This document shows positions 20,896-31,579 of a stretch of DNA of 40,318 nucleotides, piece after piece (position 1 is the stretch's first letter; each line of letters starts with the position of its first letter). Position numbers and translations under genes: made by a program. The notes beneath the pieces are model-generated. The model saw nothing but the letters and a program-made list of their open reading frames with translations. It was not told the DNA's origin and did not search any database. The stretch is taken from NCBI GenBank assembly GCA_032718475.1, contig JAUCBJ010005024.1, forward strand, positions 1-40,318. The letters run 5' to 3'. Origin of the DNA: Nemertoderma westbladi (lineage: Eukaryota > Animalia > Xenacoelomorpha).

Positions 20896-20960
20896 GTTTA
20901 CCGGTCACTACGGTATTTTGCAACCTTATTGCCTACTGCAATAAGATCGATAACTGTTAT

Positions 20961-22167
20961 TGTTCGCGCTTTTGAAGACCTTTAGCAGTTTAACCTGCCA
21001 AAATTTATATGTCTTTTAGTTAATTAAAACACCTTTAGCATACGACAATATTTTATGCTAATAAACAAAACATTAACCGAAGCCAGCCCATGCGCGATCA
21101 TTCACCCGATGGATCTACACCCGGGAGGCTGAATTCGGCTGCTTAAATTTTATTATTGCAGTGTAAGGTTGCAGTGTAAACCTACTGTATTATTCGATTG
21201 ATCATTAATAATTAATTTCTGACAGATATTATTGGCTTTCGGGAAATATTAACAGTTCCTTTAGGACGTGGCGCTCTATCTATTTAAACAGAACTAGGTC
21301 TTATACTAAACGCAACGATAATGCTTATAATTAAAGTATAAGGCGCATTCTTTAGGAAATGCTTTGTTACCAATCACAATCATGTACACTATTCTGCCGA
21401 CAGTCAGTAAATTTGATCACACATAAAGAGAGCAGCAATTGACTCATGTAGGGTCTGCTAAATAACATTAGATTCAATACACACCACATTGACATAAATC
21501 GCAATTGTTATATATAGCCTGTCTCTCTAACCTGTAGTGTATCAAGAAAATTGGGAAATTTGGGTGATTTATCAGTATTCTCCAAAGAGCAATATTTCCA
21601 TCAACAAATAGATACAATTAATAACTGACGGTAAATAACAGTACAAACAATATAATTAGTGCAGTTAAATTAAGTGAGTGAGACTAGTTAGTTGATTGAT
21701 TGATTAGTAGGATAACAGTTATACTTTCGATAATTTAAGCAGTTTTACTAGAGTTCTTCCCAAAAGCCGGTGGTCTGGCGAAAAATGGGAACACAACAAC
21801 AGAATCATATGAAGAATCATATGACTACCTGACTATACGAGGATACCAACTACCCTTATTCCCCGAAGCTCCCGTCCAACACAGAGGATGAGCATAGAGA
21901 TAGGAAATTCAGTTCAGTAGCTCTGGGATAGGTCAAAATCCACGCCCACTCAAATTCTATTGGCCGATACGGACAGCAGGGCTGAAGCAACCTCCCTAAG
22001 CTGGTTGGTCGATTAAACGGAGCCCAGATACCTTCGTACAGCACATCAGCCAATAAGCTGGTAGCTTGCACTATTTTAGCTATAGATCCCTTTTAGAGTA
22101 TTCTAGCGACCGGGGGGGAACTGGCCAGCAAGGCAAACGAATCAGTTATCCCACAAAAGCTTTTACA
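20961..22167 (-). repeat. 5' LTR (1207 bp)
   Basis: Direct repeat of 9256-10462, upstream of the gag ATG on the minus strand. A minus-strand AATAAA lies near 21149-21154. Confidence 0.97.
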
Positions 22168-22954
22168 AGGTGGATTTAAAACATTTTGTCTGTTTAAATA
22201 TTTTGCTTGATATTATTGATTGATTTAAATAACAGTTGACTTATTGACTTATTTCAACCGATAATTATAGGTAGTTTTAAATGAGACAGTTAATTATTTG
22301 GACGTATAATTATATGTCGTATTAAATGTAGCTATTAATTCAGCTGATCTCGCGATGATTAACTTCTCTGCTTCTATACCATGCTTCACTACCGTACCGG
22401 TACCACTGTGCACTGTACAGCTGTACCAGTACTGCAGTATCTGAGTCAGCTGATCACATTTAATACGACCTATAATTATACGTCAAAATAATTCACTGTC
22501 TCATTTAAAACTACCTATAATTATCGGTTGAAATAAGTCAATAAGTCAACTGTTATTTAAATCAATCAATAATATCAAGCAAAATATTTAAACAGACAAA
22601 ATGTTTTAAATCAACCTATAATATTAAGCAAAATAATGCAGTTTTGAAACATTATTTAAAACTACTAATAATATCACTCGTATTAATTTATTGAATATTG
22701 ATACTAAATGTATGCCATATTATGACAAGCGATATTTGGGACCAAATTGATTTAAAACAACTAAGGTCAACAGAGGTGAAGGACGGTTTAATTATTAATC
22801 CTATCTAATGTAAAAAGCAATGGAAGTGCTGCTTGACAGTATGGTTTAAGCACTAATGGTATACGTTATACGAACATTTCGTCTCTGGACTTTTCGTCCC
22901 GGGACGAAACGTCCTAGATCCAAGCATAATACCAGTAGCTACAGATGACCAATA

Positions 22955-23705
22955 GTGGTTACAAACCCCGTCACCATAAAGGGGAGTCAAAGGGGTTACA
23001 AACCCCGTCACAATAAAGGGGAGTCAAAGTGGTTACAAACCCGTCACCATAAAGGGGAGTCAAAGTGGTTACAAACATTCCGGCCGGAATTGACCCCATT
23101 CCGGCAATTCCGGCCGGAACCGGAATCGGGCAAAAACCGCCGGAATTCCGGCCGGAACGGAATTCCGGGACATCCCTAGTTACAAACCCCGTCACCATAA
23201 AGGGAGTCAAAGGGGTTACAAACCCGTCACTATAAAGGGAGTCAAAGGGGTTACAAACCCGTCACCATAAAGGGGAGTCAAAGTGGTTACAAACCCCGTC
23301 ACCATAAAGGGGAGTCAAAGTGGTTACAAACCCGCCCCATAAAGGGGAGTCAAAGGGGTTACAAACCCGTCACCATAAAGGGGAGTCAAAGTGGTTACAA
23401 ACCCCGTCACCATAAAGGGGAGTCAAAGTGGTTACAAACCCCGTCACCATAAAGGGGAGTCAAAGTGGTTACAAACCCGCCCCATAAAGGGGAGTCAAAG
23501 TGGTTACAAACCCCGTCACCATAAAGGGGAGTCAAAGTGGTTACAAACCCGTCACCATAAAGGGGAGTCAAAGTGGTTACAAACCCCGTCACCATAAAGG
23601 GGAGTCAAAGTGGTTACAAACCCGCCCCATAAAGGGGAGTCAAAGGGGTTACAAACCCGCCCCATAAAGGGGAGTCAAAGGGGTTACAAACCCCGTCACA
23701 ATAAA
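22955..23705. repeat. Tandem minisatellite, 35-37 bp unit GTGGTTACAAACCCCGTCACCATAAAGGGGAGTCAAA, interrupted at 23078-23178
   Basis: About 17 copies are directly visible. Confidence 0.95.
23078..23178 (-). mobile_element. hAT-like terminal fragment (TAGGGATG...) with CCGGAATTCCGG subrepeats, inserted in the minisatellite
   Basis: The minus strand begins TAGGGATGTCCCGGAATTCCG. TAGGGATG is an Ac/hAT-type terminus; no partner end was seen. Confidence 0.45.
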
Positions 23706-23737
23706 CGTGAGTCAAATTAACGGAATATATAACTTAC

Positions 23738-23932
23738 CACTGAGAACCACTTGCGATTCGTTGCTAGTCTGTCTGGTAATAATCCGAATACCCGAACCAG
23801 ACTGGCCCGAGTTAGATTGTCCGGAACCAGACAGTCCGGAACCAGATTGTACGGAACCAGATTGTACGGAACCAGATTGTGCGGAACCAGATTGTGCGGA
23901 ACCAGAATCAGTTACCTTTACCGACAAGCCAC
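23738..23932 (-). CDS. Sp1-4-like: Sp-family transcription factor, exon 3 (SGSxQ repeats)
   Basis: Acceptor ttcgtacag|, donor G|gtaagt; 195 nt, phase 1 to phase 1; open frame GLSVKVTDSGSAQ...VVLS. Confidence 0.8.
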
Positions 23933-24073
23933 CTGTACGAACAAATACGGTAAATTAATCGATAATATAATATAAATTTGAAGTAAAGAAATACCGGCGC
24001 ACTAACACTGGTAATTAACTAAAATTATTGTTACTAACTAATCTCTTCGATTCATTAAATCAACCCAACTCAC

Positions 24074-24170
24074 CCGCTGGACAACCTGATTGCACCGTTT
24101 GGGAATTCATCGATGTCATTTGAGTCGTCGAAGAATTGCTCAGCCGAACAAAATCCCCGGAAACTACCGA
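24074..24170 (-). CDS. Sp1-4-like: Sp-family transcription factor, exon 2
   Basis: Branch-like ctaac, acceptor gtaacag|, donor G|gtgagt; 97 nt, phase 0 to phase 1; reads SVVSGDFVRLSNSSTTQMTSMNSQTVQSGCPA. Confidence 0.72.
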
Positions 24171-24628
24171 CTGTTACGGGATTAAACAGATTTAGTTAGT
24201 TTAATGAATAGGACAAAAATAATCCTACAGAAATGTAATAATGGCGACGATTTAGTAAAATTGATTTATCTGTATCATATTACCCTCACTCAGACATATT
24301 TAAGGAAGACAAACTACAACTTTATATCACTAACTCATTTTTATGTTTCCAAGGAAAACCGGCGATAATAATACACATAAATAATATAGGCCTACACAGA
24401 GATAATATTAATAACAAATTGCATATAACACATTTGTTTCATGCAATACTGGTACTGCAATTTGTTATTAATATGAAACTCTGTGTATTATTTCTGCAAA
24501 CATATATTTTCGGTTCCTGAGGATATTTGTTTGTTTATATTATTAAAAATTTGTGCGTAAGGGTTTACTGTGGAATGTCACCCAAGGTGGCTAACGAGTT
24601 ATCTATCTCGCGTAAATAGCTCAAAAAA

Positions 24629-25448
24629 CAGGGACGGATTATGGATTTTCGGAAGTCGCATCTTACGGGCCTACCACCCCCCCCCGCACGAAAACCAATT
24701 GCAAAATTTTTGGACCCCGTTGGTAAAAATAAATAATGCTGGTGATATTTTTTTCGAATAAAACAATATATTCCATGTAAAAACGTAACGGAAAGCACTA
24801 TGGACAGAATAGTTGAATGTCGCTAAATTGAAAATCAGTGAAAAAAACGGTGATTTCCGCTTACACTTTTTTTTATCGAATAATAGTTCTATATTATTTA
24901 AATAATAATTATATTTTCCTAAAATTACACAATATATAATTAACATAAACTCTATATTTAGATACGACTGACAGCGTACGCGCGTTGGGTAGTGAGTGAC
25001 TAGTGACATACTGAGAAATAATGTGTGACTTTGTTTGTGATATAATTTTGAAAATATATTGGTAAATCAATAAATTAGACACAAAAATTACCGGTACTTA
25101 AAAAAAAGCAATTTCATAGTCTTGTGACTACTGAACTCGTAAATGATATCAGATAAATCTAATTGAAAAGTAAAGTAAATGTTGTTAATTGTAGTTGTAG
25201 TACCGGTAATAATTTACTATTATTTTAAATCGACCCTTTTGCTAACGTTTTCCTTTAATCATTACTTTGGTACTCTAAATATTTATTGAACAGCCAGAAA
25301 TTAATAAATAAATGAGGATGTTTTATCTGTGAGATAATTTTCGGTAAATTTCTCCCAACTTGCGGGCGGGCCCCTTCCAACTTACGGGCCCCCGTCATCT
25401 GCGCCTGTTGCCCCCCCCCCCCCCCCCCCCCCCCTCAATCCGTCCCTG
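24629..25448. mobile_element. hAT-like MITE (820 bp) in Sp intron 1
   Basis: 12-bp TIR CAGGGACGGATT / AATCCGTCCCTG. The flanks ctcaaaaa and cccaaaag give only a degenerate TSD. Confidence 0.6.
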
Positions 25449-25857
25449 CCCAAAAGATTCACCAATTACTTATTTAAAATTAGCTTTCTAACCAAATTTT
25501 AGGAAAAGATGGAGGAAATTCAGATTCTTTATCTCCCGTACAGTATATTCTATCGAATCGTTATGATATCGAGATATTCATCATTCAGCAGTCAAGTTTG
25601 TTACCAAGGATTAAGTAATTCCATTATAAACCGCTTCAGCACAAATATTTCTAAATTTCTGATAGATCAGTCCATTTCGGCGAAATGATCAATGAGGGAA
25701 GAATGCCTTCATGCAGTGCTGCAGCGCACAATAGAAAAACGATATAACCTATTGACATATTGGTATCGAAAATCGATAGGCCTACTCGATAAAATAAAAA
25801 TATATATAATAGATAAATTGATTAATTTTAAATAAATAATATCACCTTATTTCTCAC

Positions 25858-26910
25858 TGTGGATTTGACGTCATCGTAAGTAATTGATTGAATAAACCCC
25901 TGATTGGCTGTCTGTATGAGGCCCTGATTGGCTGTCTGTACGAGACCCTGATTGGCTGTCTGTATGAGGCCTTGATTGGTTATCTGTATGGGCCCCTGAT
26001 TGGCTGTATTTAAGAACGCCTGATTGGCTGTGTGCTGTTGGCCCATCATTAGATTAGGAGCTGGATGGGGCGAGTTTATACCTAAGGTTTGATTAACACC
26101 GGGTTGGGGAGCGCCAAGACCGGAACCAGAGGGAATAATCATTGACGGCGTTCCTCCTTCCATCCCGCCTATACAGTATCCCTGGACCTGTCCTTGAGGA
26201 TTAGTGAGGGCGTAGAGATTAGCCACTGTAGGGCCGGATTGGTTAACCGGGAAGTTGGCGCACGCTGCTGATTGGTTGGTTGGGAAACCGGCGCATTGGT
26301 TGGTCACGGGTTCGGTTTTAATGACAGAGGAATTCGACCAGGGTTGTAAGTTTGGAAGTTGCGATAGGTAAGGTACTCCGGTGGATACTGACGGCTGCAC
26401 TGGGTTGCCCGCTAACTGAGTTCCTGTCTGGATGAGGTAGGACTTGCCGTCAGCGCCGTAGACAATCTGGTAGGCTGAGGAGTTGGTACCGGTAACAACG
26501 GATGCGTTGGGTGTCCGAACCGCCTGTATAGCGCGGAACGTTTTGGTTGCAAAGGGGGTCTGCGCCGCAGAATTGGAGACTGCAGGTGTGGGATAGCCCC
26601 CCGTGGTACGCGGAGAAGGTTGGGTTGCATCCATTGACCCAGAAGAGTAGGTAGTCTGGTAACCCAGAGAAGATGATTGGGAGACTAACGATTGCTCTGC
26701 GCTACCGGAATCAATAATCTGAGAACAGGACGAGTTGATGTGATTATCGGTGACCTTCTGCAGTTCGGTTAGCAGAGCGGCAATGGCTGCGCTGATATCC
26801 GCTGAGCTTCCCTGGTCCCCTGGAGATAATGTTGAGACAATCGGGTCCGAAGTAAAACAACTACCGGTAGTGTTACCTGGATTATTTGTGTGGTCCTCAT
26901 TCTCCTCCAT
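25858..26910 (-). CDS. Sp1-4-like: Sp-family transcription factor, exon 1: S/T- and Q-rich activation region
   Basis: 351 open codons, S/T/Q/G/P-rich, with (TANQGLIQ)n repeats. Phase-0 donor ACA|gtgaga (alternative AAG|gtgata ending at 25846) fits the next exon. Confidence 0.75.
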
Positions 26911-27114
26911 TGTAATTGTAAAACGTATTAGTAAGCTATTAACAGTAGGCCTACAGCAGTAATACCTGTATCCGATCCGATTCCGATAGGCTATGTCAGT
27001 ATGTTATACTATATACAGATATATAGTAGGCCTATAGTCTGACTGTCCGATAGTAGAAAGTAGAAGCAGTACCGGTATTATATATTACAGAAAAAACAGG
27101 TTTTACGATACTAC

Positions 27115-29354
27115 CAAGGACAGCTCTACTACAGGACTGGCAAGCCTTTTTCCCCGATACCGCTAGCGGGGGCCATTGCTTTATACTTAATAAACAGTCG
27201 ATATATGACCATTACACCGCGGTTAGGGTCTATCTGGAGTAAAATTTTACAGTGAAAACGAATAGATTATTTATTTTTATCCATTTTTTATTTAAAGACC
27301 TTGAATTTTAATTTTAATAAGTGAAGCACCAATTTGAGTATCACTTATGAAGATACATTGTTTAATTTCAAATTCTAATATTACGTTAATAATTATGACA
27401 CAAACTGAAAAATTACCGGTACCCCTATGGCAGCCTAAAACAAGCTCTATCAGCAATGAATTATTGACAACCAAAATAACAGTTTGTTGCTATGGTAACC
27501 GAGTAAAACAACGTATAAAAAGCTCACTTTTTTACTTTCGTATCGCCTTATTGCTACAAGTTATTGTATATTTCTTTGTATAATTCACATATTTATTTTA
27601 AAAGTAATATGTGGGGTGGGACCAGTATAAATGTGATAAAAATGGAAATATAATAGTCTCTAAAGGTACAGAAATTATCCTACTATAAAATAGTCCTAGA
27701 AATGTTATGTTCCCGTAATTCGAGCCAGTTTGGTATGAGCCCCAGTACTGCAGTATGGCGTCTGTTCTCAGTTTGATGTGAATCCGTGGTTCTCTTCTGC
27801 AGGCCGTTTACAATCGTGTTAGCTAGAACACGACACGCGGATATAGGCGGTCTTGGGAAAAATTCATAGTAGCTGGCAATTAGATCGATGATTACAACAA
27901 GTTGCTTATGACAGCGAATAGTGCCATGGGGCACAAGATCAACGAAGGCTGCTGAAGCCAATGTCCACCACACCAACTCTTGGCAGGGCAGTTGTAAACC
28001 ACCACGTGACAGATTTCGAATAAAAGTACTGTCCGCTTGCACTACATCTTCTGAGTTTTCAAGTTCTGGTACAAAACGTAACAGATATCCCGCTACGTAT
28101 GCGGCAGCCCGCGTTCACAGTCCGTGGCCTTTGGCCTTAGACTAGAGTCTATATCAGAAAGACGTTCAACAATAGCAAGGGTTTCCTCGGGTACCTAATG
28201 GATAACTGCATGAATCACATGTTTTTGAATGTTCAGCTGCTGTAACGGCTTTAGGTATCTCATTTAAGTCGACCAACAATAACAAACTCCGTCCCAGAAA
28301 AGCCGCTTCAACGTCTTTCACAGTAAGAGTGAGATTTGAGCCCGTCATACCACGGAAACAGCCAAACTCACCTTCCAATCTGTTTTGGTTAATTGAACCA
28401 CTCTGCCACTTAAAACGTAATCATAGCCCCGCTGTAGTAAAAGGAATGACAATTCTCGCAGTCCAGACGTTGTCTGCCATAATGCCGCTGTGTATTAGTG
28501 GATAACACACCCTGCTGCCCTGTCTCCTACGTCCAATAGCATGAGGGAAGTTCTGGAACTCGGTGCCCATCACCATTTCTTCCAATGTTCGTATCGCCGT
28601 GCAGTCTGTAGAAGTGATTGCTTCACGGTAAGGATCTTTAAACCGTACTGCTTCACCAACACTTGTCACACTAACAACTTTCCACCATATTAAAATATGT
28701 TCTATCCCTTCTGCTGTACCATTACAACCATTCAAGGAGAGTGCTGCGACTACCTTTTCATTAAAGACGCGGAGAACACGAGACGAAAGGTTCTCCGCCA
28801 TCTCCAACTCGCTTAGGTAAAAGCCGAAATCCACTTATCGCGCTCAGTTCCGGACGGAGGCAACTTCACAGTGCGAACCGGATTTCCTTTATAATTGCCG
28901 TCACACCCAAAGTAGCAAAGACACAACACTTCTTCGTCATTATTACAGTACCGGTTGCCGGTATAACAGTTAAGGAAGAAAAGAAGAATCTCAAATATTA
29001 TTAATTAATCCATAAAAACTAATAATTTGGAGTAGTAAATTTACTACAAGTTTGCAAGTACAGCAGTACAGTATCGGTACAGGTCTAGTTCTGCATTACC
29101 CTGTTACCTGATTACGGCAGTTGCTGAGTTGTAGTCTTACACTACACTACACTGTACACTGCTACAGCCTGACAGCGGCCTACATATTCATATCTGCATA
29201 TCAACAATAACAATAGGGCCTAGGCTAGCAGCTAGTCAGCCAGTACACATACAGACATTCAACAACAAACTGTACAATGGCCACCGCTCTGCCGCTAGCG
29301 GTATCGGGGAAATACTGAAATAGGCTTGCCAGTCCTGTAGTAGAGCTGTCCTTG
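27115..29354 (-). mobile_element. Internally deleted P-element (THAP9-like) DNA transposon, 2240 bp
   Basis: Perfect 33-bp TIR CAAGGACAGCTCTACTACAGGACTGGCAAGCCT plus a 21-bp subterminal inverted repeat. 8-bp TSD GATACTAC at 27107-27114 and 29355-29362. Confidence 0.92.
27683..28940 (-). pseudogene. P-type transposase pseudogene (partial THAP domain joined to C-terminal catalytic fragments)
   Basis: MTKKCCVF/GCDGNY...LP...ERDKWI (THAP start). Downstream fragments RVFNEKVVAAL...IWWKVV, LEGEFGCFRGMTGSN, YVAGYL and LSRGGLQLP lie in several frames. Confidence 0.8.
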
Positions 29355-30008
29355 GATACTACACTACACTACACAACACACTGCTGCACTGCTACACGTT
29401 CTCTTGCTATCTACCGTATCTACCGCGTGTAAAATATCGATGGACAGGGACACTCTCACTGTCAGACTGTCTCAATTAATTAAAGCTACCTTGTTACCTA
29501 CTTTCGAAAAGTTTTAATGTTAGTTCAGTTTTCAGTAGTTTAGCCAAAGGCTGAAAGATTAAATATTTAAATGTTAATGTTTCTAGCCCTAGCTGTACAG
29601 TACAGCAGAAATAAAGATATGCTTTTATCTGTCAGTACACACCTATCTACCACAGTTAGACAGTTAGCAGGTTAGTGAGTTAGGTACAGAGGTACTGTAG
29701 GTCATTTTTAGCCATCAGCGTCAGGCCGTCTGTCCATGATAAATTAATTACTTAAATTTTAAATTGAAAATTCGTAAATCTATAAATTATGAAATTAATT
29801 GGACCTATGATTGATTCAGTGATTATGAGCGATTGGCGAACGATAACCATACTTTATTTTTTTTTAATAAATAAATAAATTTTGAAAAACTCCAATACCC
29901 ATTAAATCTACAACTGCGTATTTACGCATGGTGTACGCAGGTTTTGTTTTAATAAACGCGGCAAATTCGCATTCCGCATAAAAAACGCAAGCGTCCCGCA
30001 TGCGGCTG

Positions 30009-31462
30009 TCATACTGGGTGCGGATGACTGACGTCTTTAAGTGGCCCCACATCGACTCTATACGTTGAGTGTGAGTGCCAGTCGCACTCACCCACTCTAC
30101 CGAATGGTTGACGGTTTCGTGTATGTAGGTCCCTGTTCCATTGGTGGCAGACAAAAAAAGGGTTAGTGGCGTTTGTTATGTCAACATTCACACCGCAATA
30201 CGCAGGCCATTCGTCGGACTGTATCTTGGTTCCACCGGCGACATGTTTCTCCAAAATAGGGCAGAGGGTGTCTGCATCACGATGCAAATTTTGATGTAGA
30301 GTTCGGGGGAGAAGCTCCACGCTTTGTGCAAACTCAATAGCGCGCTCCTCAGTCTCGATATGTTTCCCTACTAGGATCGGCATGCTGCATTGCAGCTGCA
30401 TTTTTAAGAATGCTGTGCCGGCTTGTCAACAAAATTGCACCGCCACAACTCCCTATCACCCATGACATTTGCTAGATCATCCGCATCTTTAAGGCCAGTG
30501 TCCTTTAAGATGCGTCTCAAGAAAGTCATGGGCTGTCCACCATGCTTATTCACTCCATGAGGCTGCCAAAGTACAAGATTATGCACAGGCTGGTCCTCAC
30601 GGCGAAAGCAATGTCCTGCAAAGCGGAGGCGATTTTGTTCTAGTGTCAAGCTTGGGGGAGCCAATGAGACACCTCCAATGTTATATAGTGTCTGGTTGGA
30701 GATGTGTGCATTGTACTTGACACAATGTACCCGGCGTAGCATTCTTGTGAATGTGCCATCCAGAGATTTGGTGTCCTCAGCAGTTAGAGCCCAGCATGGA
30801 CTCCCGTAGAGGAGTACTGGAACTACTGCTGCTCTAAATAATCGGACCTTAAGTTTCCGATTAATTCTAGGTGACTTCCAAATCCTGGAAAGCCTATTCA
30901 AGGCTGCCCATGCCTTTCCCTTACGTATTCGAAGGTCCTCATCTGACTTCCGGATCCATGATCCCAGGTAACAGAAGTCGTCCACATGCTCAAGCATACC
31001 ATCCTTTGAGCTTATGCTCATCCGATCAGAGACTTGCTGAGGACTTTCAAAGTTAACTGTCAGAATTTTGGTCTTTCTGGAGTTAATAAAAAGACCAACA
31101 CTAGAAGCAGCATGTTCTAATGAGCTGAGGAGCCGCTGGGCTCCCTCTAATGATTCTGAGAGTACTCCTAAGTCATCAGCAAAGTCTAGATCAGTTAGGT
31201 ACTTGGCAGGATTTCCTCGACTTCTGGAGCCAGTAGGTGGAGTTATCATCACCCCATCTTCATTATGATGATCTAAGGACATGCGTAGAACATAGTCAAC
31301 CACAATAATGAACAAGAATGGTGCAAGTGTGTCTCCTTGGAGGACGCCCCATAACACTTCAAATGGTTCTGTGTCACCGTCAACAGTAGACACAAATGTT
31401 GTCGAACCATCGTATACTGATCTGATATGTTTCCCAATCTCAATGAAATTTAATTCAGCCAT
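30009..31462 (-). pseudogene. Merlin/IS1595 (ISXO2-like) transposase remnant interrupted by an RTE LINE
   Basis: RDADTLCPILEKHVAGGTKIQSDEWPAY and HETVNHSVEWVSATGTHTQRIESMWGHLK in shifted frames. The N-terminus MAELNFIEIGKHI|ETEERAIEFAQSVELLP is split by the insertion. Confidence 0.8.
30369..31423 (-). mobile_element. 5'-truncated RTE-type non-LTR retrotransposon (RT C-terminal half), 12-bp TSD
   Basis: GVLQGDTLAPFLFIIVVDYVLR, DLDFADDL, DFCYLGS, RLRFAGHCFR. TSD GATATGTTTCCC at 30357-30368 and 31424-31435. Confidence 0.9.
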
Positions 31463-31579
31463 GACAGTACACGAGTACAGTATACTAACAGTAGGCCAGT
31501 AAGTAACAGTACAGCAGTAGGCCTAACAATACTGCTATACCGGTACCGGTAACAATTTTTATCAGTTTCTATCTGATTT

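Larger units (their letters stand above)
9256..22167 (-). mobile_element. Full-length non-autonomous BEL/Pao LTR retrotransposon (12,912 bp) with an accessory exonuclease ORF
   Basis: Two 1207-bp direct repeats with TG...CA ends, 5-bp TSD AGGTG (9251-9255 and 22168-22172), a BEL/Pao-type Gag-protease ORF and a PPT-like tract. Confidence 0.95.
9097..22721. mobile_element. AT-rich foldback/MITE-like palindromic element (about 0.7 kb before insertion) split by the LTR retrotransposon; left arm 9097-9255 plus 22168-22345, right arm about 22448-22721
   Basis: AATATGGCATACATTTAGTAT at 9097 is the reverse complement of 22701-22721. 22173-22330 is an almost perfect inverted copy of about 22458-22612. 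Confidence 0.8.
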
